A stretch of 62,789 nucleotides of DNA, counting the filler, from Folioceros fuciformis (lineage: Eukaryota), in NCBI GenBank assembly GCA_049999805.1. It is 5 parts of 4 records of this genome, joined end to end, with 100 filler letters (N's around TTAATTAATTAA, not from the genome) between each part and the next. Parts side by side here need not be neighbours in the genome. Positions count along the whole stretch, not along the records: positions 1 to 28,555 come from JBNGIO010006246.1; 4 more parts are not named here. One strand, 5' to 3'. The notes under the pieces were generated by a model. The model saw nothing but the letters and a program-made list of their open reading frames with translations, did not search any database and was not told the origin of the DNA. The position numbers were made by a program, and so were the translations under genes. Below are positions 1 to 13,416 of the stretch, piece after piece. The number at the start of each line of letters is the position of its first letter. The stretch's first letter is position 1.

Positions 1-1
1 A

Positions 2-1258
2 GAGCAGGAACGGGAAAGGGAGCAGGAACGAGAAAGGGAGCAGGAACGTGATCGTGAAAGGGAGCGAGAGCGGGAGCGGGAGCGGGCCGAGGATATCAAG
101 GACAAGAAGAAGGCTGCGGCCGTCAAAGACGTGGCAAAACGAACGCTCAAGGCTCCCGCCAAGGGCCGTTCCGATGAAGTCCTCAAGAAGAGTGCGGGTA
201 AGTCTCGTAGACAGGAAGAGAGGTCGGAGGACGAGAAGGGGGAGGAGAAAGAACTGCTCCGGCGTTTGATGGCACGTAACTCCAAAAAGGATGCATCCTC
301 CTCCGTAGACAAGGGGAAAGAGAAAGAAAAGGAGAAGGTTGTGCCCCTTGTCAGGCCTTCAAGCGGGATGACGGCCCCTGCGTCAGACTCAGAGGATCAA
401 GGACCCAAAGAAGAACCTGAATTAGAGCTGAAGTGTGGTTGCACAAGCAGCAAATTTGGTGACACCGTCGGTCTCGTGAAGGTTTACAAGTCCGGGGATT
501 TCGTTCTGTTCTGTGAGTGCAAACCGGGTTGCGCAGAAGGTAAAATGAAATGCATCTCGTCGGGTGGTTTCCAGTTGCGACGCGTTAGGACTTGGCTTTC
601 GGTACTGACGTTTGTTTCTCGCTGTTCTGGTTTCAGCTGGTATTGCATTAACTCCCGCAGCCTTTGAGAGGCATGCGGGGCGTGGATCCTCCAAGAAGTG
701 GAAGAATACCATCTGGGTGATGATGGGGGACGACAAAGTTCCGATTGCCAAGGTGAAAGCCCTGGAGCCTTATTACAAGAAGTATAAGGTGCGGAAGAAC
801 CAGAAGGTGGTTCCTACTCCAGGGGCAGTGGCACCAACGGTAATTCATCGGGACGAATTCGTGAGATGTTGTAAGTGTCAGAAGGAAAGGAGGTTCAAGC
901 GGAGGAACAAGGAGGAATGCAAGCTTTACCACGACGCAAGCTTGAACCGGAAGTGGGAGTGCGCCAACTTGCCGGACGAGAGGTAAGCAGCTATGTTTCA
1001 ATCAGTGCGTGGTGAAAGGTTGCTAGGAGACTGGGACGCTGATCTCCCTGGTGCAGGTATGCCCGGTGCGGGGAGGATGAGGAAAGAGAAGTCCGGCGGG
1101 CTCTCAAGGGGTGCACTCGTGTCCGGAATTGCCCCGGCTGTTTTGAATGCGTATGCATCGGGTGCCTGACCTGTAGATTCAGCAGCTGCAGCTGCCGCAC
1201 CTGCACAGAGTTCATGGCTAATGCCCCGAGCTCTGGCAATGCGCAGGGCTCTGCTTGA
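2..1258 (+). CDS. ULT1: ULTRAPETALA-like SAND-domain / Cys-rich protein, 5'-partial, 3 exons visible (2-539, 637-982, 1057-1258)
   Basis: Spliced translation gives CGCTSSKFGDTVG...LTPAAFERHAGRGSSKKWKNTIWV (SAND), IHRDEFVRCCKCQKERRF and GCTRVRNCPGCFECVCIGCLTCRFSSCSCRTC, all ULT-family motifs. GT-AG introns at 540-636 and 983-1056; TGA at 1256-1258; frame is open from the window start. Confidence 0.9.
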
Positions 1259-3225
1259 CGTAAGCGAACTGGGTCTTGTAAATCCCTCGTCTCTTTGGGT
1301 TCCGGGGGTAGTGGCTGGGCCCCCGTCTCCCTCTCGCCGTCTTCAGTAGTGTAGGTAGAGAGACTGGTGCCCGGTGCCCCTTGCAGTAGTAGTATTCAGA
1401 AAGCATGACACTCTATGATCTGGATGACTCGTTAATCTATTATTTAGTGCGACCGGTTGCACAGTTGCGTGATATTGAGAAGATGTGGCAGTCGAGAGGC
1501 TCGGTGCCCCCGCTGTAGCATGTGCTCTGTGCGAGGATGCCGGTCGTGCAGCTCCGGTGCACAACACGGTCTTCTTGTTTAACGAGAGATGTTTTGTCCC
1601 TTGCGCCCCTGCTCGTTCACAAGGCTGCTTTTAGAACGGCCTCTCTATCTTGCATTCCAATGCCTGGTCATAGAGGTGAGACAACTTCTGTTCACACTAT
1701 GAACCCACGCCTGCGAACAAATCCGGTAAGCAGATCCAGGAGGAGCACACCGTCTGTCTTGGTAAACTCGGTGCTCACGACGTTGTATTTCCAGGGACAT
1801 GGTTATACATGCATTTCAAATTGTCGGGAGCAGGGGCGGGAGCAGAGGACGTTGATGTTTTACATCACATACATTGAGGAGACTTTTAAGAAGAGGACGT
1901 GCTTCCTTCCTTCCGTCCTTCCTTCCGTCCTTCCTTCCTCGTAACAACGTTGTAAGAACCGCCAAGCCAAAGCCAAATCTCGGTGCATCAGCATCAGTTT
2001 AGTACCTGCCCAAGACTTGAATCACCACGGTCACAATAACTACTCGACATACCAGTAGCAGTAGCAGTGGCAATAGCAGTAGCAGTAGCAGTAGGCCACC
2101 AAGCGGGTAAGGCTCCGCCGACCGTCCTCTGTTCGTTCGCAGTAGCTCCACCCTCGTTACGCGTTACGTCTCTCAAACTTGTGGTATCTACTGCTACTGC
2201 ACTTTGCGCACCACCTGACTGTATTTCAAGCAAAAGCCGCCCGGCTACTGCAGCAATCTTCACAGCAAATGCAATTCCTGTTACAGGGTTCCTTACTGCC
2301 AATTTTCGATTACCCCAATCTCCCTTGGATTGATTTAATCCAGGTTCCAATCGTTGAACATTAAACAGCCGGTACGCAGGTTCCTCTGCCTGTCGGACTT
2401 CGTACTGAACATCAAAAGCCACTGAATTTGACGCTCAGGCTCAGGAAGAGCTCTTTCCAAGGAAGCTGTCTTGGGCATGGACTCGTCTACGAGCGGGATC
2501 AAAGACCCGGACAACAGCTTCATGCCTAAGTGAAACCCGTACAGTGCGTATGTGTCTGGTCCGTACGTACGAGGAGGGTAACCCTTGGCAAGTGATTCAT
2601 TCTAATCTGCCAAGTTCACAACCAGAGCTTTTTTTAGAAGTAGCAATAAAATAAAAAGAGGAGGAGAATTCTAGTTGCGTGTAGAACAAGCAACCAAGAT
2701 ACAACAGCTAAGGACGACATGCGGCCAAGGACTCTAGTTAGGATACAGTTTTTTATAAGCTAAGGAGCAAATAAATGACACAGAATAAAGAACCACCTAT
2801 TTTTCAACCACGAAATGGAAGCCACCAAAGTTAGAAGGATTCTGAATGTTTGTTACAAGACCTAACAAGTACAATGCACTACACTTAGAGCATGTTTTCT
2901 GAACATCTTACTAGTCTATTCTATTATACATGAGAAATAGTTTTATCATCTCTCACTATGCTTCTATTTTATTATATATATTTTTATAAGTTATCATATA
3001 TAAAATAACTTTTACATATTAGTGTAGACTAACACCCCTTGAGTGAGGTGGGGAAACCATGTAATTCAAAGCAAAATTAAGAGGAAGAGTAAGCGACAAA
3101 CACCTGATACTAGCACTAGGCCTCCAAGCAACCTATCCCTCTCTTGTAGTCAATACTCTTGCTCCTACAAGAGCTCTTTATTCCACAATCAAGAGTCAAC
3201 TAGAATGCATAGCAAAAGACTCTTG

Positions 3226-3510
3226 TTGCAAGAGCTCTTAATTCCACAATCAAACATCCTTAGAACAATCAAGTTAGAGAGAACTCTCCATCTCCCATTG
3301 TTGCAAGAGCTCTTAATTCCACAATCAAACGTCCTTAGAACAATCAATTAGAGAGAACTCCCCATCTCTTGTTGTTGCAAGAGCTCTTAATTCCACAATC
3401 AAACGTCCTTAGAACAATCAAGTTAGAGAGAACTCCCCATCTCTTGTTGTTGCAAGAGCTCTTAATTCCACAATCATAGAACAATCAAGTTAGAGAGAAC
3501 TCTCCATCTT
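3226..3510. repeat. Tandem repeat, ~75-bp unit, ~4 copies
   Basis: Unit ttgcaagagctcttaattccacaatcaaacRtccttagaacaatcaagttagagagaactc recurs at ~3227, 3301, 3375 and 3450. Confidence 0.85.
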
Positions 3511-3926
3511 CGCCTAAGTAGGCACCTTTGCCATCTTGCTCCCTCCCTGTAACCTCCTCCATAAGTTACCACTCTTCCCATCACCTGCTCCACAAGAGCT
3601 CTCTCGTAACACACACTTTGGATGCGCACAGCCTAAGCACTCCATGCTCTCAAGGCATGAAGGATGTGTCTGTGTGTCCTTAGCCCAAGGCTAGGTACCC
3701 TTCTATACTCAAGTCCCCTTTTTCTATACTCTTACACTCTAGTTAGGCTCTTAGTAACTACTTAACTTAAACTCCAAGCTACGTCCTACTATCACTCATT
3801 TTCTAGGGCTGTTCATGTATGCTCCTCTATCAAGCTCTCTCATGTGCTTTATCGCCTTGCACTCTTCTTTAGGAGACTTTCTTATGTGCTTCTTAAATAG
3901 ATTTAGTCGCATGCATGTTCCTTTAT

Positions 3927-4262
3927 CAAACTCTCTTGCTTGTTCCTTAAGCAAGCTTAGTCACCATGCACACTTCATTTACAAACTCTCTTGCTTGTTC
4001 CTTAAGCAAGCTTAGTCACCATGCACACTCCGTCTACAAACTCTCTTGCTTGTTCCTTAAGCAAGCTTCGTCACCATGCACACTCAGTTTACAACCTCTC
4101 TTGCTTGCTCCTTAAACAAGCTTTTTCATCAAGCACATTCCGTCACCATGCACACTCAGTTTACAACCTCTCTTGCTTGCTCCTTTTACAACCTCTCTTG
4201 CAACCTCTCTTGCTTGCTCCTTAAACAAGCTTTGTCACCATGCACATTCCATTTACAACCTC
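3927..4262. repeat. Tandem repeat, 55-bp unit, ~5-6 degenerating copies
   Basis: caaactctcttgcttgttccttaagcaagcttagtcaccatgcacac recurs at 3927, 3982, 4037 and 4092, then degenerates. Confidence 0.85.
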
Positions 4263-4604
4263 TATGACAGGTTCCTTGAGAAAGCCTTGAGAAATCTTAG
4301 TTACTAGGCGCACCCTCTTGCATGGTACTAAACAAGTTTTGTTTCAAGTGTTGCTCATGTGAATGGTATAGTGATAGAACAGAACAGCTTAGTTTCAAAA
4401 GCCAATGCTGTTAAAAACCGGCCATGCCCTATCAATGGATAAGTAACATAACTACATATAGTACGCTTAGTTACATATTTCTAGGTGGAAGATTCACAAT
4501 ATGCGAACCAGGTACAAACTGCAATACGCAGTACATATGCGCTGTAGGCAGGCCAGATAGCGGGAGCTGGATATTGCTACTATACAAGTGTCCACGCAAA
4601 TGCG

Positions 4605-7600
4605 CTACGGGAGGATAGATTTGTACGCAGAAAGATGGCCTTCGACTGCAGATGAGTCCCATGAAAAGTCGGCGGTCATGCCATTCCTTTGCAGAGTAGA
4701 CCAGGCCTCTGGATTTTGACTCTGCAAATGGAGATACTTGTCAGGAAATACCGTAGCAAAAGCGGATTAGCCCCGCACTACAGGCGCGGACATGGAATGC
4801 TGACCTGAAGATCCAAGGCACGGCGTAAAGCAGAGGAAACGTCTGGTCCTGTGATGGAGTAGAACGTGAATCCTGTCCTCTTGGACATGTCGTAGTTTGT
4901 GTCATTCACATCAACCACGCTGCCATGACACCCGTAGTTAGAATACCGACAGTGCTAGAAGCATCATCGACAAGTCCACAGACTGGAAGGTGGAGATGTG
5001 ACGCATGTTTGTCAGCTAAACTCGAAATGTTGCAGACCTGCCCTGCTGACCGGCAATTTTCCTTGCCACTGGAAGGGCTCCATACTTCATGGCAATCAGC
5101 TGCAAGTACGGTACGGGTGATGAGACGATGAGGACATCCATCATCAGCTAGCTCTCGAACATTTTTCTAGCAGATAGATGACGAAGGAAGAAGATACTGA
5201 CAGGTGACTGATCCGTTGGTTCCAGGACAGAAGCACAGACGAAAACGTCACTTGCAGCCATAACCAAGTGCACAAGAGCATCGTTGTACTTCAGCGCAAA
5301 CCCAGCGTTTAGAGTCTGAAACGCAGAAGCCGGAAGCTGTTAGCATTCTAGTAACTACCAGACCGGGTAACATTGAACACCTACAAGCATCATGGAGCAA
5401 ATCCCGCATCTTTACCTTGCAATCTCTCTGAAGATCCTCGAGCACTAGCTGTATTCGTGGACTCTTACTTGCACCGACGAATACGAACTGCAACCACAGA
5501 GTTCCTTCCATCTGAGAAATAATTGGCTACAATGACTAGCATCTGACCTCCCTAGGTCAGAAAGAGACAGACCTGAATACGTCTTTCTAACGCGCAGTCC
5601 AACGCTGCCTTAACCAATGCCAGCTCCAATTCCGACACCTGAGGCACTATGCAGCCCACCTGCATTTGCAAAGTTCAGCTTCACTCCGTCCAGAACCTCA
5701 ACATAGGGATGTGATAACACAGACACCTCGTGCTAAAGCCCTGACCAATGGTTCATCCATTTCTGATGCTGGAAGCGACAAGAACTGTCTCAAATCCTCC
5801 TTGCAACGAGCCTTCCCAGAAAGATCGTCGACTGAAAAGGTCCAAGGGAGCAGGCTGTCCTTGGCCGGGTTCCATACAGACTCATCCAAACCATTGAATA
5901 TTCCGACAACCTTGGTTCTGCCATCAGCCAGAGCCTCAGAATGAAGGTTCCAACTGAAACATCCCCAACGTATTTCCCAAGGGAAACAAACCAAGTATCA
6001 ACACTCACTTGTTTGAAATAAGGGTCGAATCAAGGCCATGACCAAACTCGCGAGTCATAGAGTCCCTCAAATAAATCGGAGAGACTGTGGTAACTTTGTT
6101 AGAGTACACAATACCTCCCTGGACCCACATGAGTACACAAGTTGATGAAAATGAAGTAACAGCACTTCACACAAACGTTGATTCATAGACAGTAGCAGTT
6201 CACCGCACCAAGGACTCACCTTCAAAATGTTCACATATCTGGACTCCAGGTTGTCTTGCAATCGATCAGATCGGTGCAATTGCAATGGATCGAGACCACA
6301 TAGAGAAAGTTTTTGAGGTTCTTGAAGGCACTACAGATCAAGTTTTCAAGATTTTGCATCAAATGTGTATAAGCCTTGTAAATCATGACCAGACTAGGCC
6401 ACCCACCGGGCGGCCTATCTCATTTGAACAAGCCAAAGGTGTACCTCAGCTCCCTGTCTATCTACACTGTGCGCACGAATTACCTGATACTTGAAATTGT
6501 GGCAGGTGAACACGATACGGGTATTTCCAAGACCCTGAAACAGACAATATGCATCGTCAGATATCATACAATACATTATTCTCATTCAATGACAGTAGAT
6601 CACTCAACCACATTTTCAACACCTGATTAGCGTAGATGTCCCAAAACAAAGGGGCAACTGGGGCAGTTTGCCAATTGTGTAGATGTAGTACGTTGGGCTG
6701 TTTTCCAGACTTCAGGAGGTACTCTAACGATGCTCGTGAGAAATAAGCAAACCTGCGAACCCATAAAAATCATGACGGTAAGCAGAACGTGTGGCCTACA
6801 AGTTGGCCTCTAGGAAGGTGTCGTACCTACTTCAGGACCAAACTGGTAATCCAGTTTAGAGGCAAGTTGCCTACCTCTCAAAGTCATCCTCGTAGTCATA
6901 AAGCTTAGGACGAGAGAACCACCCACTTGGATGCAAAGGTTCGATGAAAGTAACAGGAATGCCATACACAGTTCTGCAAAATGAACAAGAGGCGAAAGGG
7001 ACTTTGAACAAGAGGGCCCAGAAAACAGAGCGTGGCAGATCAAGACCGGAGCCCTTCATCACATCATCAAGTGAACCCGGCACCGAAGGACCGGTCCAAC
7101 ATGTGTGTAGCAAGCAAGGTTTTCCCACCAGCATCATACCCTATCCATAGCTTGTTCTTATGCCACCCGCCAGCAAAAAATGAGTACAGATCTGCTTTGA
7201 TCTCCTTCAGATTGTTGACCTGGCTCATATCCAGTGACTCGTATCTGCAACACATGACAATCCAGATAACATTTCAACTCAGCATTAAGGAACAAGAACA
7301 TTTTGGAAGCGCTAGTTCATAAAGACCTTAGAACTCTAGATTGATTAGAATCCCACGACGTACACTTACTTTGGCAAAAAGACCTCCACTAGATGACCTT
7401 TACGTTGCAGAGCACGACACAAGGAAGTTATGTAAGTTGCAAGGTTCCCAGACACCGCAACTGGATGCATTTCTGTACAAATGTGTACAATATGTAATTT
7501 CTGCCTGCACGAAAGCCAAATCATGAAAATAACAAAACATGTCCACCAACGTCGAAAGACACTGACAAGTCACAACGTTTGGCCCGCACTAATCCAGTCT

Positions 7601-8430
7601 GCAGTCAATTTCACCACACTCAAGGGCAGTACCTTCGGCCTTGGTCCAATAGCATCAGGATCTGACTGGCTAGATCCCTTTCATCCGAGATATCTTGTGC
7701 TGAGAGCTTGGCAAAGTGCTCAGCAGCTTCCACATCCCTAGAACAGACAAGTCTTCTCAGAGCTTTTCCCTGATCGATCTTGATGGCGCCTGTCATTATC
7801 AGCGCATCTATCTGCTGGAGGAGTTCACTCCACATAGCTGTTGGGAATGAAGACTCACTGAAACCTCTTCGACCTGCAATTCGAATTTCAGACGGGTACA
7901 TTTCTACATTCCTCCTGCAGAAGAAGATATATCAAGTTAGTCCTTGAAAAGGACAATACCTTGAGTGGCGAACGCAAGTTCTGTAGCCCGTAGTTTGCCC
8001 TGCAGGACATCACACTCGGCAACAGCGGCCTGATTTTCTGCCTCCAATTGCGCCACTCTAGCCAGCAGCAACTCTTTGTCCCTTTCACTCCGCTGCAACT
8101 CTTCCACTGCCATCAACCGCTGCTTGTTGAGCTGCAGTATGTCTGCGAAGAACGCGAAAATGTCAAGCTAGGGACGACGTCTTACAGAGAGCGTGCAAAT
8201 AGCGCGAAGGGCGACTAGAAGCTCACTTTGTTGGGCATCATTGAACAGCTTCACCAGATCCCCGTTGGTGGGTACTTTCATCTTCTCCTGAGCGGAATCA
8301 GGTAGCTGCACACGACGTTTGGGAGCTACACTTCAGGCCCACAAGTCCAGCGCAGAAGAACTAGTATAGAAAAACCACAACCCACAAGTTACTTACCTTC
8401 AAAGCTTGAATACCATTTCCAACGCCCCTC
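4605..8430 (-). CDS. SS5: Starch synthase 5 (non-canonical GT5 starch-synthase-like), multi-exon; first exon/start not resolved (upstream of 8430)
   Basis: Exon translations: LVKLFNDAQQNILQLNKQRLMAVEEL (SS5 coiled coil), WSELLQQIDALIMTG, LHIVHICTEMHPVAVSGNLATYITSL, YGIPVTFIEPLHPSGWFSRPKLYDYEDDFER, LHRSDRLQDN...VNILK, GIFNGLDESVWNP; last exon MTADFSWDSSAVEGHLSAYKSILP* (stop 4605-4607). Confidence 0.85.
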
Positions 8431-10691
8431 CTGCCAAGCCAACAATGCAAACACTTCAAAACTCTATGCGTGCCTAGTTTCGACGGAGTGTGTCTATCTC
8501 ACTCCTTCCACCTGCGGCGTTATCATTTGGAAATTCATCCGCTGATGCTCGTACGATGCGTACCATGAAACAGATGACGATGAGAGGCTCAGAAGCATTC
8601 TGTCCTACTGGCAGACACGTTTCTGAGCTGCAGTGTGGCACCGTCAAGTGCAGGAGCTCAAGAGAAGATGCCTCCAGGAGGTAGAAACCAGCTTCAGCCC
8701 CGCACACAAATCAATTCCTCCTCCGCCTGCAGATGCTAGACTAATAAGTCTGTCGTTGGACCAATTACGCCCACAATTGTCGCATACTTAAACGACTCCC
8801 TTGTCAGAAAACCAACGGTATCAGAGCTCCCAGGCCTCCACTACTTTGTCTTATCGTAAGTAGATGGATTTTCCGGGCCCCAGAGAGAGCCAACAACCTC
8901 ATCCACCCCTAAGAACTAAAAGCCTCGCTGAAGAACCCGCATTATTCGATAACGGGAATCGTAGAGGTCCCACAAAACGCACGGTTGGCGTCTACACGTG
9001 CAAATATCTTCATCGTCGAACTGTTGAAAACAAGGCGTGCCTGCCACACCACGGCTATATGTACATACATGCATGTATCGTAAGTGCGCAAAATGCATGC
9101 ATCCTGGCTGCTGGATCGGGGAGGTATGGATGGGGCAACACTGAAATTTCCACCTCCAGAATTGCATCTTCATCATTGAAGGATTGCTCTCCTCTTGGCA
9201 CAGGAAGTATGGTCCCCGGTAACCACGAGTCTCCCTCGTGAGCCTCTATGGCGGCCGGACCATTACTCCCTAGCCCAATGGTTCCTCTTGTCATAAGGTA
9301 ATCGGGAATTTGGGCCGGTCGCACACGAAACTAAGGATGAAAACATGCACACGACACAGGAGGGAGGGGAACAGGTAGATACAACACAATGGCTTTCGGG
9401 CCGCAACCAGAAGGGTGTTTCAGGCTCAATGCTTCGGAAAACCTTGAGTACGGTAATGCTCATCTCCAATGCGTACATGAGATGTGCTTGAGATGGTTGC
9501 TGAGCAGCCTAGAAGCGTCGGGCAGCTGAGTATGCGATCTTGAGTGGTGACGCTTTCTTTCAGTGTGTATGAGAGCTCGTTTGTCAAGCTAGAAGCTAAC
9601 ACGAGCCAAGTCAGAGGCGGAAGGAATGGCCTCCTCAATGGCGGCGGTTCGAGCTTTCCAGGTCTCCAGCCGGATGCCGAGCGATGTCACATGGTACACA
9701 ACGAAACGGAAACCTTGGCGGCGAGACGCAGTACAAGGACGTCCCGGACGTTCGGAGCAAAGAAAGTGTGAAAAACTGATTGCATGACAAAATAACACAG
9801 AGAGTCAATCCGTGAACCGTGAGGAAATCGTAGGGGACGGAAACCAGCAGCCGAGAAGAGCACATGCAGTCAGATGACATGGAAAGCACCACCAAATTCT
9901 CACCGGTAGCACTTCCAGTACCAGGTGAATGCAAGCCAGCCGTCCACGAGCCAAGCGAGCCGTTCCGAAACGGTCTGGACGCAGGTAAGCCCTAGCAATC
10001 ACGAGTTCCACGTCGGCTCAGGCTGCATAGTGCAGCAATCTCAAGGAGCATGCGCCCGGAGTGTCGGGACCGGAACCCTTCCCCGATCCGCATCAAATAT
10101 CCACGAACGATCAGGGACATGAGTCTCACGCTGAGGAAGGTGGACAGGATGCGGACAAAGTGCGCGAGGGGCCTCTGAGTCCAAGCATCCACCTCGAGTC
10201 TCTGGCAAGGAGGGCTGGAAAAAAATCCCTTCCCGCATCTGTGCACTGCTCCAAGCTGGGAACTTCCTACACCAATGGGATCGTGGGACCTGCGTGTTGG
10301 TGGGGGGATGGGGCTTGAGTACCTCCGCCTATCTCCACCAGCAGTTCCGGAGACCAGCTCGTCCGGTCCTCACCTGCCTGGCTAGCCGTCTCCAGATTAG
10401 TGTTCAGTTTTCGGCTTCCATTCGTTTTAGGAATTAGACCCCAAAGCTCGGCTGGTGCACTCGAGGGAGTGTGGCAGACCACCACATCCGCATTAGTCCC
10501 CATCTATGGTCTGTTTCCGTCTTATCTTACGTAATATTATCTTAGGTTCTTGGAGTTGCCAACGTGTGACAATCCTATCCTCATGTTCTGGATTTCCACC
10601 TTGGAGGCTGCAGTTCTTAGGCAATGGGCTTTCACTTGGAGTTGATCAATAGGGTTGTGTCATTGATGTGATTGTTATGAATTTCACCTGT

Positions 10692-11497
10692 ATTCAATTT
10701 GTGAACAAGTTGTCATCAACCACTTTAGATGGGTGGGAGAGATTCAATTTGCAAGCAAGTTGTCATCAACCACTTTAGATGGGTGGGAGAGATTCAATTT
10801 GCAAGCAAGTTGTCATCAATCACTCTAGAGTCATCAACCACTCTAGATGGATGGCAAGACCTTGTGATAGCACCAAAGTCCTGCAAGACGAACAACCACT
10901 CTAGATTGTGCAAGCACCAAAGTCTATAAGTATTCTAAGAGGAACAACCACCAAAGTCTAAAAGTATTCTAAGAGGAACAACCACGTCCATAAGTATTCT
11001 AAGAGGAACAACCACTCTAGATTGTGCAAGCACCAAAGTCCATAAGTATTCTAAGACGAACAACCACTCTAGATTGTGCAATTACCAAAGTCCATAAGTA
11101 TTCTACTCTGCAAGACGAATAACCACTCTAGATTGTGCAAGCACCAAAGTCCAATTACCAAAGTCCATAAGTATTCTACTCTGCAAGACAAATAACCACT
11201 CTAGATTGTGCAAGCACCAAAGTCCATAAGTATTCTAGCCCCTGCAAGACGAACAACCACCCTAGATGGATGGCAGAGGGTTGTGCAAACACCAAAGTCC
11301 ATAAGTTGTGCAAACACCAAAGTCTGTGCAAACACCAAAGTCCATAAGTATTCTACCCTGCAATAACAATAACCACTCTACATGGGTGGCCAAAGTCCAT
11401 AAGTATTCTAGCCTACAAGACGAACAACCGATCTAGATGGATGGCAGAGGGTTGTGCAAGCACCGAAGTCCATGAGTATTCTACCTTGCAAGACGAA
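10692..11497. repeat. Compound tandem/minisatellite array (50-bp unit followed by ~50-75-bp units)
   Basis: caagttgtcatcaaccactttagatgggtgggagagattcaatttg x2-3, then many copies of aaccactctagattgtgcaagcaccaaagtccataagtattcta. Confidence 0.8.
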
Positions 11498-12401
11498 ACC
11501 TATTTTCATCCGCGTTCCTCCTAAGACTTAGGGGCCATGGCAAGGACTTCTCAATATTCATCAAGTAGTGTGCCAAGATCAAAGCCAAAGAAATGGTGTT
11601 CTTCTTCTTCCTTTTCGGTGGCCTTCTTTCAACAATGCATACCCATTTTTGTTGAAAAGAGCATTGGCCAATGCGGTTTTAAGAACAACAACAAATGTAG
11701 GTTAAGCAACTTCTTCAGCATAAGGTAGGTAGATCTTTTGTTATTCCACATTAAGACATTTTGGGAGTAGTTGATAGTTTTTTAGAATAACGCTCAAAAG
11801 GGCTAGTACCGTTTTTACCTTTTGCCCGACTTGGATTGTTTCTCCAATCTCAGGAGTAGATGGGACTTTCATCTCTTTTTCAATAATAAAAAATAACCTT
11901 TATTCATATCTTTGTAAGTTCAAGTAACTTTTAATTATCTCTATAGCTACAACCTTATTTGCAAAGTTTTATTCCTTATTGTTATTTCATTTCCACTACC
12001 AAGGCAATGTTGGATCTTAAAAAATCTCATTTCAATGACAACGTCATAGATTTCCTTCACCTATGATTAAAAGTATATGTAAGGTTTCCATTTATTATTA
12101 AATAATGAAAATCTTTTGATGGTCATTTCAAACTTCCTTGTATTTTGTGTAGTAGTAATCAAGGAGGAAGGTTGCTTAGTTAAGAAACTAGATATATTAT
12201 CTAATGCACCTATTTCTTCCTAATTTTTTTCTTCTTTTCCCACAAGTGTAAATAAAGAGAAACTAAATATTAGAAATATAGTGGCCTTTTTCTTCGATTC
12301 CTTTGTGAATTTGCTTGCGTGTATAGGTTCAAATATAGAAACTATGAATTTTTTAAAAGAGTAAAAATTTGGACTATATCTTGATTTCAGTTCATACACA
12401 C

Positions 12402-12722
12402 TATGTTTTAAGATTCGTCCCGATTGACAGTGTTTTAAGATTCGTCCCGATTGACAATGTTTTAAGATTCGTCCCGATTGACAGTGTTTTAAGATTTGTC
12501 CCGATTGACACAGTGTTGTAGGATTTGTCCCGATTGACAGTGTTTTAAGATTCGTCCCGATTGACACTCTGTTTTAGGATTCGTCTTGATTGACAGTGTT
12601 TCAAGATTCGTCCCGATTGACACAGTGTTGTAGGATTCGCCCCGATTGACATGGCTGTAAGTGAGGGCTCCCGATTGACACAAGTGTTGTAGGATTCGTT
12701 CCGATTGATAGTGTTTTAAGAT
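12402..12722. repeat. ~28-30-bp tandem array (core GATTCGTCCCGATTGAC), left part; interrupted by the Gypsy insertion
   Basis: tgttttaagattcgtcccgattgaca repeated ~10 times head-to-tail; the array resumes at 22334. Confidence 0.85.
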
Positions 12723-12833
12723 TGTCGTGCTCCCAGCATCAACTGTTGTGAGCACTTCAGTTCAGTCCATCAGCTGCAAGGCTAATGTCTTGTGCACTAA
12801 GAAAAAGAGAACAAAAAGATTGTCCATGCCTTC
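12723..12833 (-). repeat. Terminal repeat segment B2 (111 bp), 3' end of element
   Basis: Near-identical (4 substitutions) to 13306-13416. Confidence 0.9.
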
Positions 12834-13303
12834 AAGATGTTAGGCTGCTCATATGCGCCATAGCTCACTCCGTGTCGTAAAGCTGCGAAAAGGGGACTGC
12901 CCTCGTCGGGCTGCCCAGAGTTGGTAAGTCACTAGCGGGATGCCACCATCTCCCTCACACCGTCAATCTGCACCAAATAGCTTGTCCTTTCATAGACGGC
13001 TAGTGAACAACAAAAAAAGGTTTAGGTCTTCCGGTGGTTCCTCTCATGAGCGACTTCGACAATTGCCTTTTTCCTCGCCGTGTTCGATTTCTTTGTTTGG
13101 TGCCCCTCCAAGCCGTTTCCCATGGGCTGTATGAGCCCACGTGCTTCTAGTGGGCAAGTAGCCATGGCTAGTATTTTAGCCATTTACGTAATTTAGGTTG
13201 AGTTAGTTTAGTCACCTATTATCTTATCAACTGAATTCCACTAAACTATCACGTTCACCATGACGCTCTACTATAAGTCCATTTTTGCCACAATTTCACG
13301 ACA
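12834..13303 (-). repeat. LTR segment A2 (470 bp)
   Basis: Same length as 21864-22333, with roughly a dozen substitutions. Confidence 0.9.
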
Positions 13304-13305
13304 GC

Positions 13306-13416
13306 TGTCATGCTCCCGGCATCAGCTATTGTGAGCACTTCAGTTCAGTCCATCAGCTGCAAGGCTAATGTCTTGTGCACTAAGAAAAAGAGAACAAAAA
13401 GATTGTCCATGCCTTC
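13306..13416 (-). repeat. Repeat segment B1 (111 bp), directly after the polypurine tract
   Basis: Copy of 12723-12833; separated from A2 by the dinucleotide GC (13304-13305). Confidence 0.9.

Noticed and set aside
1994-2523. 142-aa and 62-aa minus-strand ORFs
   Set aside because: No recognisable domain; partly made of a (GTAGCA)n microsatellite.
8916-10503. Coding-like GC-rich stretch on the minus strand, possibly a decayed F-box gene (WSPELLVEI)
   Set aside because: Fragmented across frames with many stops; the motif is too short to support a call.
12402-12722. ~28-30-bp repeats resembling a CRISPR array
   Set aside because: Units are head-to-tail with no unique spacers, there are no cas genes, and the context is eukaryotic: a minisatellite.
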